Source: Candidatus Sericytochromatia bacterium
GTDB lineage: Bacteria; Cyanobacteriota; Sericytochromatia; S15B-MN24; JAQBPE01
Length of the DNA: 22,220 nt
Assembly: GCA_040400605.1 (NCBI GenBank)
Contig: JBBAPZ010000019.1
Location: forward strand, 20,912 to 43,131
Direction: 5' to 3'
A model generated the notes under the pieces. That model made no database searches. It was given only the letters and a program-made list of their open reading frames with translations, and was not told the DNA's origin. The number at the start of each line of letters is the position of its first letter. Position 1 is the stretch's first letter. Of the stretch, positions 8,071 through 16,953 are shown piece by piece. Both the position numbers and the translations under genes were made by a program.

Positions 8071-8805
8071 CTATTGGGCGAAGCGGTTAAGGAAGGGGAA
8101 GTAGGTGGCGAGTTGACTGAGGCTGTTGGTGGCGATGAGCAAGCCAACGATGATCAGCAACACGCCACTGCCAATCTCGACTTTGCGAAAGTGGTGCTTG
8201 AAGGAATCGAAAAAGCGATAAAACTGGCTGATGCCCAAGGCTGTGAGCAAAAAGGGAATGCCAAGACCCGCGGAGTAGGTGGCGAGGAGCGCAATGCCTT
8301 GCCAGACCGTGTCTTGCGAACCGGCGATCGCCAGAATGCCTGCCAGGATCGGCCCGATACAGGGCGTCCAGCCAAAGGCGAAAGCGCAACCGACAACGAA
8401 GGCCCCCAAGATGCCCAGCGGCTTTTGCGATACATGCATGCGCTTTTCACTGTACAAGGCTTTGATGGGAATGAGCCCTGTCATGTGGATTCCAAAAAGA
8501 ATCAGCAACACGCCCGCCACCTTGCCCAAAAGCGGCAAATACTTGAGAAGCGCCGCACCGATGGCGGTTGCGGATGCCCCCAGCGCGATGAAGATGACCG
8601 AAAAACCCAGAATGAACGCGACCGCATTGAACAACACCGTTCGCCGCTCCGCTGCCCCCAAGGTCGCTTCGCCCGAACGCATGGCGGCCATGTTGACACC
8701 CGACACGAAAGACAGATAGCCCGGCACAAGCGGCAACACGCAAGGCGAGAGAAATGACAGCAAGCCGGCCCCAAAGGCGGTTACGTAAGAAATGGGTTCA
8801 CTCAA
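8071..8805 (-). CDS. ccdA: CcdA (DsbD-family transmembrane thiol-reducing protein)
   Basis: AGLLSFLSPCVLPLVPGY and FAFGWTPCIGPIL carry the two redox Cys. Also YSAGLGIPF and six hydrophobic segments. TTG start with AAGGAG SD. Confidence 0.95.
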   Translation of the reverse strand: MSEPISYVTAFGAGLLSFLSPCVLPLVPGYLSFVSGVNMAAMRSGEATLGAAERRTVLFNAVAFILGFSVIFIALGASATAIGAALLKYLPLLGKVAGVLLILFGIHMTGLIPIKALYSEKRMHVSQKPLGILGAFVVGCAFAFGWTPCIGPILAGILAIAGSQDTVWQGIALLATYSAGLGIPFLLTALGISQFYRFFDSFKHHFRKVEIGSGVLLIIVGLLIATNSLSQLATYFPFLNRFAQ

Positions 8806-8873
8806 CGCTAATGCTCCTTAATACGGTGTTACGCCACTGACTGCCCGCCAGGCTTGTTACCCACTTGCGCGGG

Positions 8874-9800
8874 TCATCCCACGCGCGGGGTGTGGGCGGC
8901 CACAGCCTGGTTGGCAAAATGGGCTTCGACCCGGGCGTGGGCCTGCCAGCCGGCGAGCCAGCGTGCGGGAATCACGCCATCGGGGGTGGCACCAAGCAGC
9001 ATTCCCAGCGCCAGGCCACGGGCGGCAGAATCACCTCCTGCCAGGACGTTTTGGGTGAGGGCGTCTTCGATGCTGTCGGGGTGAATGAGGGCGAGCGCCA
9101 TGGTGGCAGGAAGGGCGCCTGTGACGGAACACGCGGCACCAAGTTTGGCGACCGCTGCGATCGCCCCGGCTGGCGCCGCTTCGCGGGCGGCACGCAGCAG
9201 CGCGGCAACGGGCAAAACCGGGTCAGTCCCGTCACTCGCAGCATCGAGGGCTTCCGAAACTGACATCCCGCGGTAAACAAAACGCACCGCGCGCAGCCAG
9301 TAAGCCGCCGCTTCGATAACCTCGGGATCCTGGTGCGTCAGACGGGTTTGTTCGCGCACCAAGGCGCAAGCAGCGTCATCTGACGCATCGAGGCTGAAAC
9401 AGGCCAAGGCTGTCATGCGGCTTGCCCCGCCCCAGTCGTGGGAAGCTGAACCGGCTGCGGTGACAGGGTTTCCGGCTTCGATAGCGGCAAGGGTCTGGCG
9501 GGTGGCGCCGTCGCGGTAGATGGCATCGTTGTCCCAGAGGGCTTGCCAGGTGGCCATAAAGCGTACGGGGTCCCAATCCGGGGTCAAGCTATCCATCAAG
9601 GCGAGGGCCTGGTGGCCGTAGTGGGTCTGTCCACCGGCCGGTTCGTTGGCGTGATAGCCACCTGGTTTGGGGCTATTGAGCGCGCCTGCGGGCTGCCAGC
9701 CCGTTGCGATCGCAGCCGGATCGTAAATCCAGTGGGCGCCCAAGGTCAGGCTGTCACCAAGAAGAGACGCTGCGAGAATCCGGAATTGGCGTTGCGACAT
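8874..9800 (-). CDS. ADP-ribosylglycohydrolase family protein (crystallin J1/SelJ-like subgroup)
   Basis: LLGDSLTLGAHWIYD, GQTHYGHQ, QTRLTH, GAACS, ALTQNVLAGGDSAARG..LG.LLGA, IP.RW. Confidence 0.88.
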   Translation of the reverse strand: MSQRQFRILAASLLGDSLTLGAHWIYDPAAIATGWQPAGALNSPKPGGYHANEPAGGQTHYGHQALALMDSLTPDWDPVRFMATWQALWDNDAIYRDGATRQTLAAIEAGNPVTAAGSASHDWGGASRMTALACFSLDASDDAACALVREQTRLTHQDPEVIEAAAYWLRAVRFVYRGMSVSEALDAASDGTDPVLPVAALLRAAREAAPAGAIAAVAKLGAACSVTGALPATMALALIHPDSIEDALTQNVLAGGDSAARGLALGMLLGATPDGVIPARWLAGWQAHARVEAHFANQAVAAHTPRVG

Positions 9801-9947
9801 CAGGAGGCCTCCTCAATCAGTGAAATGGACGGTTCTTTTGCGTTGTTGGCTTGATTTGTGCGGGCCGATTGGGTATAAGCGCCCTATCCCACAGCGTGAT
9901 TGTACAGGATGCGGTCGCGCGGGTGTAATCAAAGGATGGAGAACAAC

Positions 9948-10679
9948 GTGATGCGGGTGTGCTTGCAAACGGCAATGGGTGTGCTGCTGATGGCTGGAAT
10001 GGCCCAAGCGGGAGAGGCCTCGCTCACTTTAAGCCGCGAAGGCCAGGGCGTGACACAGTCTGGGCGCCTCCATTCGCAGCAGGCGTCGGCTTCCCAGCCA
10101 CGGGTCAAGACCGCACAGGTGCCCAATGGCAAGCCAGGTACGTCCTCGGCCACTTCGGGTTCGGCGAAGGAGCCCGCCGGGGCTACGGCACCGATTTATG
10201 CGTTTGAGGTGCGGCGGATTGACGGTCGGCCGGTGCGGCTTGCCGCGTATCGCGGCAAGGTGATGCTGATTGTGAACACCGCTTCACAGTGTGGGTTAAC
10301 GCCTCAGTACAAGGGGTTGCAGGCGTTGCACGAACAGTATGGGCCCAAGGGGCTGGCGATTCTGGGCTTTCCTTCCAATGATTTTTTCGGTCAGGAGCCT
10401 GGCACGAACCAGGAAATCCGGCAGTTTTGTGAGGCAGAATACAAGGTGAGTTTTGACATGTTTGAAAAGATGAAGGTGCGTGGGGATGGCATGTCACCGT
10501 TGTATCGGTATCTGACCGAAAAAGCGACGAATCCGTGGTACGCTGGGGAGGTTCGTTGGAACTTTGACAAGTTTTTGTTGGATCGCAACGGCCAGATTGT
10601 CGGACGTTTTGAGCCACGCACCCAACCGCAGGATGAGACGGTGGTGCAGGCGATCGAACAAGCCTTGGCCCGTCGTTAG
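9948..10679 (+). CDS. Exported Cys-type glutathione peroxidase homologue (probably thioredoxin-dependent)
   Basis: GKVMLIVNTASQCGLTPQY, ILGFPSNDFFGQEPG, IRQFC (candidate resolving Cys) and WNFDKFL. It has an N-terminal signal peptide (..MGVLLMAGMAQA) and a Ser/Ala/Thr-rich linker. GGAG precedes GTG 9948/ATG 9951. Confidence 0.93.
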   Translation: MMRVCLQTAMGVLLMAGMAQAGEASLTLSREGQGVTQSGRLHSQQASASQPRVKTAQVPNGKPGTSSATSGSAKEPAGATAPIYAFEVRRIDGRPVRLAAYRGKVMLIVNTASQCGLTPQYKGLQALHEQYGPKGLAILGFPSNDFFGQEPGTNQEIRQFCEAEYKVSFDMFEKMKVRGDGMSPLYRYLTEKATNPWYAGEVRWNFDKFLLDRNGQIVGRFEPRTQPQDETVVQAIEQALARR

Positions 10680-10691
10680 TCAGGAATTCAT

Positions 10692-11942
10692 GTGAATCGG
10701 GCAGGACTTGGCTTTATTTTCGCGACCATCTTTTTGGATGTGGTCGGCATTGGCATCATCATCCCGATCATGCCGATGCTGCTCGTCGAGTTTGTTGGCG
10801 GCGCCTTATCCGATGCCGCCTACTGGGTTGGTGTGGGGTTGGCGACCTACACGGCCACGCAGTTTCTGTGTGCGCCTTTGCTGGGCGCCTTGTCGGATCG
10901 CTACGGCCGCAAACCCATCCTCGTGGCGGCGCTGTTAATGGATACCTTGGGTTACCTTGGCATGGGGCTTGCCGGCAGTTTGGGGTTCTTTTTGCTGGCG
11001 CGTGCGGTGGGTGGTGCGGGAGGAGCGAGTCTGGCCGTTGCGACCACTTACATCAATGATGTCAGCACACCCGAAAAACGGGCCCAGAATTTCGGATTGG
11101 TGGGTGCAGCCTTTGGGCTCGGGTTTATTGCGGGGCCAGCGTTGGGTGGTTTGCTCGGCGGCGTCGATTTGCGGTTTCCGTTTTATGCGGCCGCTGCGGT
11201 GGCGGGTCTGAACACTTTGTACGGTTTGTTCTTCTTGCCGGAGTCACATCCGCAAGACAAACGGCGCGCGTTTCAGTGGGCGGATACCAACCCGCTGGGG
11301 TGGGTCGCCGCGGTGCGCAAGTATCCGATGGTGTCCTCATTGGCGGTAGCAACCTTTTTCAGCGGGCTTGGGATGATGTGCCTGCACAGCAACTGGGTTT
11401 TGTACACCAATTACAAGTTTCAATGGACGCCTGCGCAGGTGGGGGGTTCACTGGCGGTCGTCGGCTTGTGCTCGGCGGTGGTGCAGGGGGGGCTGATACG
11501 GGTATTGATGCCACGTGTGGGTGAGCGGCGAGCGATTGTCTACGGCTTGGGGCTCAGTGCCGTGGCGATGAGCGCGTATGCACTCGCCACGCAGGGTTGG
11601 ATGATGTATGTGATTCTTGTGTTCGCAAGTTTGGGCGGCCTGGCCGGGCCTGCGATTCAGGCGCAGTTGGCTCGTGTGGTGCCGCCCGCGGAAATGGGCT
11701 TGATTCAAGGGGCGTTAACCAGTTTGAACAGCGTCACCGGGGTTATCGGTCCGTTGCTGGGCAATGCGGTTTTCGGGTACTTCACGGCACCCCAAGCGCC
11801 CGTGAAGGTGCCCGGTGCGGCGTTTTTTCTGGGCAGCTTACTGGCCGTGGTGGCGCTTGTCCAGACTGTCCGGGTGTTTCGTCGTTTCCCGGAACGCGGA
11901 GCGGTGCCGCTTGGTGAGGCGCCAATCGCCCAAGCTGAATGA
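10692..11942 (+). CDS. TCR/TetA-like MFS efflux transporter (DHA1)
   Basis: LDVVGIGIIIPIMP, motif A GALSDRYGRKPIL, motif C AAFGLGFIAGPALGG, LPES, about 12 TM segments. The substrate cannot be determined. Confidence 0.93.
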   Translation: MNRAGLGFIFATIFLDVVGIGIIIPIMPMLLVEFVGGALSDAAYWVGVGLATYTATQFLCAPLLGALSDRYGRKPILVAALLMDTLGYLGMGLAGSLGFFLLARAVGGAGGASLAVATTYINDVSTPEKRAQNFGLVGAAFGLGFIAGPALGGLLGGVDLRFPFYAAAAVAGLNTLYGLFFLPESHPQDKRRAFQWADTNPLGWVAAVRKYPMVSSLAVATFFSGLGMMCLHSNWVLYTNYKFQWTPAQVGGSLAVVGLCSAVVQGGLIRVLMPRVGERRAIVYGLGLSAVAMSAYALATQGWMMYVILVFASLGGLAGPAIQAQLARVVPPAEMGLIQGALTSLNSVTGVIGPLLGNAVFGYFTAPQAPVKVPGAAFFLGSLLAVVALVQTVRVFRRFPERGAVPLGEAPIAQAE

Positions 11943-12098
11943 GGCACGTAACGGGTGGCTCTTGGACAGGTGTGTCTTGAGAAGGCGCGCTGAATCGTCC
12001 ACGAATGGATGGTTCACGGAGCCGCGCGTCATCTGTCACGGCGGTGCCATCGTTGTAGATGATGGCCATCCATCAAATTAATGGCCGTTCAACGTGCC
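11943..12098 (+). ncRNA. Candidate structured RNA or leader (unassigned)
   Basis: Closing stem 11943-11954/12085-12098 encloses three hairpins, including an 11-bp stem with a CGAA loop. G-U pairs favour the + strand. Confidence 0.3.
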
Positions 12099-12184
12099 AG
12101 GTTTGTGGAACTGTTGTTTCGGGTAAGGTTTTTGGGTACGTTTCCTTTGGATCACGGCGTTGATGGGAGAGGATTGGGGAACAC

Positions 12185-12607
12185 GTGTTTTTGAATCGCT
12201 TTTCGGTGCAGGAGCGCAAGGGGTTTATCGAACTCGCCTTACTTGGCGTTCGGGCGGATGATTGCATCACGGCGGAAGAGGTGCAATTGATGGAAGAGCT
12301 GCGGATGGGTTTGGGGGTGGATGAGGAAGCGTTTGTCGCGCACATTTTGGGTGATCCGAAGCTTGAGTCGGCCGTGGCTTGTTTCGAGTCCCATGAGAGC
12401 CGGCGTCTGGCGTATCTGGAGTTGGTCAGTTTGGCTTATGTGGATGGGCAGTACGACCCGGCGGAAAGTCGCTTTTTGCGGCAGGTGCAAGCCGCGTTTG
12501 GGGTGAGTGATGCGTTGTCGCAGCAGTGTCATGCGTGGGCGCAGAACATGATGAAACTGCGTCAGATTGCGGATGAGATCATCCAAGCCCCGCAAGCGGT
12601 CGGATGA
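12185..12607 (+). CDS. TerB-like (TerB/DjlA N-terminal fold) protein
   Basis: Two TerB-type acidic motifs, RADDCITAEE and LAYVDGQYDPAESRFL. GGAGAGG/GGGGA precedes the GTG. Confidence 0.8.
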   Translation: MFLNRFSVQERKGFIELALLGVRADDCITAEEVQLMEELRMGLGVDEEAFVAHILGDPKLESAVACFESHESRRLAYLELVSLAYVDGQYDPAESRFLRQVQAAFGVSDALSQQCHAWAQNMMKLRQIADEIIQAPQAVG

Positions 12608-13197
12608 TGAATGCGGTTGAAATGATGAAACGTATTTGTGTGTTTTGCGGCGCGTCTGATCCCGTTTCGGGCTTGTACGTTCCTGCCATTGAGCGCTTTG
12701 CTGATACCTTGGTCGCGCGGGGTGGGTCACTGGTGTATGGTGGCGGCAAAGTCGGCTTGATGGGCGTGGTGGCTGATCGCGTCCTCGCGCAGGGTGGCTC
12801 CGTCCTCGGCGTCATCCCGCATCAGCTCGAACGGCGCGAAGTCGCTCACCTGGGCCTGACCGAACTCATCCGCGTCGATTCGATGCACGACCGCAAACGC
12901 ATCATGTACGAGCGCAGCGATGCCTTCGTCGTTTTTCCGGGCGGTTTTGGCACACTGGATGAAACCATGGAGATTTTGACGTGGAAGCAATTGGCGATTC
13001 ATGACAAACCCATCGTATTGGTCAACCTTGACGGTTTTTATGACGGCTTGTTGGCGTGGTTGGAGCGCGCGACGCACGATGGACTGCTCAAGCCCAAGTA
13101 TTTGCCGTTTTGCCGAGCCGTCACGGATATTCCTGCCATCTTCGACTATCTGGACACGTACGAAGCGCATCGACCCAATCTGGAGACGTGGGGATAG
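12604..13197 (+). CDS. LOG family nucleotide phosphoribohydrolase (TIGR00730 type)
   Basis: ICVFCGAS, LVYGGGKVGLMG, GVIP, SMHDRK, PGGFGTLDE, TWKQL..HDKP. ATGA overlap with the upstream stop; alternative starts at 12622/12625. Confidence 0.95.
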   Translation: MMNAVEMMKRICVFCGASDPVSGLYVPAIERFADTLVARGGSLVYGGGKVGLMGVVADRVLAQGGSVLGVIPHQLERREVAHLGLTELIRVDSMHDRKRIMYERSDAFVVFPGGFGTLDETMEILTWKQLAIHDKPIVLVNLDGFYDGLLAWLERATHDGLLKPKYLPFCRAVTDIPAIFDYLDTYEAHRPNLETWG

Positions 13198-16100
13198 GTG
13201 CAAGACGTCAGGCAGCACGATCATGGTGAGTCGCAGGAGCTTGCGTTGGCGCAAGCCGGCTTTTTGCGCACGCTCGGCCCACGGACGGTTTTGATTCGCG
13301 ATGGCGCAGGCTTGCCCGTTGTGCTCAAACAGGTGCCCGCACCGGCCTTAGCGCGTGATTGCCTTGAGTTTCGGCTTGAAGCCTGGCGTGCATCGCAACT
13401 GAAGCACCCCCATTTGGTTGCGGTTGATGAGCACGGCTTTACGCACGACCGGCCGTGTTATGTCATGCCATTCATCGCGGGTGAGGCGGCGCAGGTGGTG
13501 CCACCAGGCCAGCGTTTGAGCGTCTTGAGGGATTTGTTGGGTGCGTTGGCGGTCATTCACGCCAAGGGTTGGGTGCATGCGGGCATCGCGCCTGCCACGG
13601 TGCGTTTGGGTGCAGCGGGTGCGATGCTTTTGGGGTATGGGACGCTGAGCGTGAGTGGTTGTGCGGCGCGCGGCAGTGGTGAGCTGAGTTATGCTTCCCC
13701 CGAGCAGTTGGCGGGCCTGGCGTTGGATGCACGCAGCGACTTGTATCGTGTGGGTGCGTTGTTGCGGACGTGGGTTTTGGGTGAGTCGGTGCTTGAACGG
13801 GAGCGTCTGCGGGATTGGCCGGATCCCATGGCGATTTTGGCGTATCATCTGCTTGCGCCTGATCGTGAGGCACGTCCCGCGAGCGTGGCTGTGGTGTTGG
13901 CGATGCTTGATCGGATGGTTGGTGATGTCGAGCCGGCTGTGACGGTACCAGATGGCCTGACGCGTGTAGTGAGCATCAAGCAGCCTACCGGCGAGCGCTG
14001 GTTTGAAGGGGCGTTGACCCGGGCCAGGCGCGGTCAGACGGTGATTCACACGTGGATGGCGGAAGCGGGCGCTGGAAAGCGTCACAGTCTGAGGCAGTGG
14101 ATGGCTGCGGCTTTGGGCGTTGGCGTGCCGGTTTTGTGGATGGTGGCACAGGGAGCGGAAGCGTCGCCTTTGGCTGCCTGGCGTGCGCTGATGGCATCGG
14201 GACTGCGGGGCGTTCAGGCGAATCCGGTAACGGATTGTCTGAAGCGTGAGGTGCTTGAGGGACTGGAGAGTCAAGAAGGCTGGTTTGCCTGGCGCATTGA
14301 TGGGTGGCAGGTGGCATCGCGTGCCGCGCGGTTGCGTGCGTGGCTGGAAGCGGTTGCGCGACCGTGTGCGGTTTGGCTGATTCCTGCCTGGAATGATCTC
14401 GATGAGGCCAGTCAGCGCTTGTTTGAGGCTGTTTTGCCGTTGCTGGATGGGCTTGGTATCGTGGTGGTGGTGGCAGGGACCGGGGTTGTCCTGCCAGGGA
14501 TCGCGCCGCTCGACGCGCCGGTGTGGGAGCCTGAGGATTGGGTTGCACTGGCGCAGGGTTTGGTGGGGGCGCCGCTTTTGGGGGTGGAACCCGCGGTTTT
14601 GGCGCAAAAGGCGTTGACACCGGGGTACGTGACGCAGTTGCTGCGGCTTTGGCAACGGCAAGGCCTGCTAGAGGCGCGTGAGGGGCAACTGGTTTTGCCG
14701 CCTGACGCGGAGTGGCCTGCGACGCAGGAACAGCTTGCACGGGCGATCGCCCATTCTTTGGGGGGCAGTGCGTGGGCTGTGGCGGCTGTGGTGTCCGTGT
14801 TGCATCCATGCGCATCAGCTGGGCATCTCGAAGCGATGTTTCAGGACAAAACCATGTTGGTCACGGGCCTTGATGCGTTGCTTGGGGCGGGGGTGTTGGA
14901 TGAAGGGCCGCTGGGGTATCACTTCAGCAGCCCGGATTACGTGGCGATTTACGCGGCGAGTATGCCGGAAGAACAGGCGATACTTGTGCAAGAGGCGTTG
15001 TTCGGGTTGTATCAGGCAGGTCAATTGCAGATGGATGTGGCAGCGGTGGCGCGGCTTGCAATCACCGCCGAGCATCCCGAGTGGGTAGCGGCCGCCGCGT
15101 TGACGGCTGCCCGACAGGCGTTGGGCGCGGGTGCCTGGGGGCGGGCACGTTGGTTTTTGGAGGAGGGGCTTGCAACCCTGCCTCCTGAGACAGCCTCCCA
15201 GTTTGGATTCTTGGTGTGTTTGGCTGAACTGGAACGCTTGGCTGGTGCGTGGTCGCGGGCTGACGCCTGTTTGCAGGCGGCTGAAGTTTTGTTGAATGAG
15301 GTATCGGAGCAAGAGCGGCTGGAGTGGTATTGTTGCAAGGCGCGCGTGGCGGAGGCGCAAGGGGCGTTTGCCGATGCGCTGGCAGCGTTTGAAGCGGCGC
15401 TGGTTTGGGCGGATGAACACCGAAATCCTGCGGCGCGCGCACTGATTGAATGCGGCATCGCGGCGCACGCGTCGTGGTCGGGGCAATTCTGGAAGGCGCA
15501 AGCCCATGCGTTGGGGGCGCTTGCAAGGCTTGGTGCTTTGGGTACGGCGTTGCGGGCGCGCGTGTTGCGCGTGGCGGGGTTGACGTTGGTGCGCGGAAGT
15601 CGGGAGCAGCACGCGCAAGGGGTGATTTTTTTGCAACAGGCGCGTGGGCTTGCGGAGGGGCTTGGCGATCGCACCGAGCTGCTGCGCTTGCGCCTCGCTT
15701 TGCTGGAAGCCCATTGCCTGAGCGGCGTCTGTGTGCAGCAGCGCTCAGACGCGTTGGCGTTATTGGATCTGACCCGTCACACAGGTTCACCGGTGATGCA
15801 TATGTGGGCCTTGCAGCTTGCTTTGGTGGTGATGCCCGACGATACCGAGCGCTTGGATGCCGCGATACAGTGGGCGGATACCCACGGCTTTGAGGTTGAG
15901 CAATTGGAACTGCGGGCGCGTGCGGTGCTCCAACGGATTCGCGCAGGCAAGGTGTCCGGTTTGTTACCGGCGTTGCGTGAGGTGGCCAGGCAGTCTGAGG
16001 GGTTAACGGCAAGCCGGGCGCAGGTGCGTGTGGGGTTGCTGTGTGTGGAAGCCTTGTTGCTGTGTGAACACGGGCCTATCGCGGCTGGTATCTTGCAAAC

Positions 16101-16953
16101 GTTGAACGGGCCATTAAGCGAGCTGAACTGCAGTGCCGCAACAGCGCATGCCGCTTACTTGCGGGGTGTGTGGGCGAGGCGCTGCGGGGATCACGTCAGT
16201 GCCAGGCTGGCGTGGCAGACGGTGGTGGGGGAAGTGGATCGCACACTCGCGGCGAAGGCCATGGTCGAACTGGGTCAGTTGGCCAGCCTTGACGGGCGTG
16301 CGATCGAGGCCCACGGCTGGTATGAACAGGCCCGTCGCGCGGCCGAAGCGGACACAATCACACACGTATTGACGCAATTGGATGCGCTGGCTAAAGCGCC
16401 CGAGCCAAGCGCCAGTGACACGGTGCAGCGGCTCAAGGAGTTGGAAGCGACCCTGACGCAGGCACAACGCTTGCTTGCGAGTGTGGGTGAGCCTGTCGCC
16501 GCGCAGTTGGAACTGACCTCAGCCCTTGCCGTGGCGCAGCGTCTGAACCGTTTGTGGGAAGCGCTCATTGTGTGTGAGGATGTTGTCATGGCGGCGCGTG
16601 CGCTCACCAAGGCGTTATTTGAGGTGTGCGATGCGTATCAGATTTTTGTGTTGGGTCCGAATTTGGCGCCTTGGGTTGCGCAGGCGCGCGATATCGGGGA
16701 TTTGCCGTATTCGTCCGCGCTGATTGAGCGGGAGTGGTGTGTGCGATCGCTTAACTCGCAACAAGCCGTTCGGGAGTCCGCCGGTCGGGTGCTGGTACTG
16801 CCGCTTTGCGAGCAAGAACAACCTGTCGGCGTCGTGTTCTTGGTGTCGGATCGACGCGTCCTGGAACCTTCCGACGCGCTGTGGTCGCTGATTCGGGCGG
16901 CGTCACGCGCGATCCGACAGCTGGATCGCCCCATCGGTGCACTCGACCTTTAA
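13198..16953 (+). CDS. Multidomain protein: degenerate Ser/Thr kinase, degenerate AAA/STAND-like ATPase, TPR-like repeats and GAF-like C-terminus
   Basis: Kinase scaffold: VVLK, E..RASQLKHPHLV, YVMPFIAG, IHAKGWVH, YASPEQ, DARSDLY, LAPDREARP. ATPase-like AEAGAGKR and W..LDEAS. Ala/Leu-rich helical repeats. C-terminal VLVLPL....PVGVVFL. Confidence 0.82.
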   Translation: MQDVRQHDHGESQELALAQAGFLRTLGPRTVLIRDGAGLPVVLKQVPAPALARDCLEFRLEAWRASQLKHPHLVAVDEHGFTHDRPCYVMPFIAGEAAQVVPPGQRLSVLRDLLGALAVIHAKGWVHAGIAPATVRLGAAGAMLLGYGTLSVSGCAARGSGELSYASPEQLAGLALDARSDLYRVGALLRTWVLGESVLERERLRDWPDPMAILAYHLLAPDREARPASVAVVLAMLDRMVGDVEPAVTVPDGLTRVVSIKQPTGERWFEGALTRARRGQTVIHTWMAEAGAGKRHSLRQWMAAALGVGVPVLWMVAQGAEASPLAAWRALMASGLRGVQANPVTDCLKREVLEGLESQEGWFAWRIDGWQVASRAARLRAWLEAVARPCAVWLIPAWNDLDEASQRLFEAVLPLLDGLGIVVVVAGTGVVLPGIAPLDAPVWEPEDWVALAQGLVGAPLLGVEPAVLAQKALTPGYVTQLLRLWQRQGLLEAREGQLVLPPDAEWPATQEQLARAIAHSLGGSAWAVAAVVSVLHPCASAGHLEAMFQDKTMLVTGLDALLGAGVLDEGPLGYHFSSPDYVAIYAASMPEEQAILVQEALFGLYQAGQLQMDVAAVARLAITAEHPEWVAAAALTAARQALGAGAWGRARWFLEEGLATLPPETASQFGFLVCLAELERLAGAWSRADACLQAAEVLLNEVSEQERLEWYCCKARVAEAQGAFADALAAFEAALVWADEHRNPAARALIECGIAAHASWSGQFWKAQAHALGALARLGALGTALRARVLRVAGLTLVRGSREQHAQGVIFLQQARGLAEGLGDRTELLRLRLALLEAHCLSGVCVQQRSDALALLDLTRHTGSPVMHMWALQLALVVMPDDTERLDAAIQWADTHGFEVEQLELRARAVLQRIRAGKVSGLLPALREVARQSEGLTASRAQVRVGLLCVEALLLCEHGPIAAGILQTLNGPLSELNCSAATAHAAYLRGVWARRCGDHVSARLAWQTVVGEVDRTLAAKAMVELGQLASLDGRAIEAHGWYEQARRAAEADTITHVLTQLDALAKAPEPSASDTVQRLKELEATLTQAQRLLASVGEPVAAQLELTSALAVAQRLNRLWEALIVCEDVVMAARALTKALFEVCDAYQIFVLGPNLAPWVAQARDIGDLPYSSALIEREWCVRSLNSQQAVRESAGRVLVLPLCEQEQPVGVVFLVSDRRVLEPSDALWSLIRAASRAIRQLDRPIGALDL

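Noticed and set aside
7882..8757. 291-aa plus-strand ORF
   Set aside because: Antisense to the clearly identified ccdA.
10692..11942. Calling this a bona fide tetA resistance gene
   Set aside because: Family motifs only; no adjacent tetR or mobile context, so the substrate is unknown.
13348..16012. Several long minus-strand ORFs (276-437 aa)
   Set aside because: Antisense shadows of the GC-rich, skewed 1251-aa gene, with Pro/Arg/Gln-rich non-protein-like composition.
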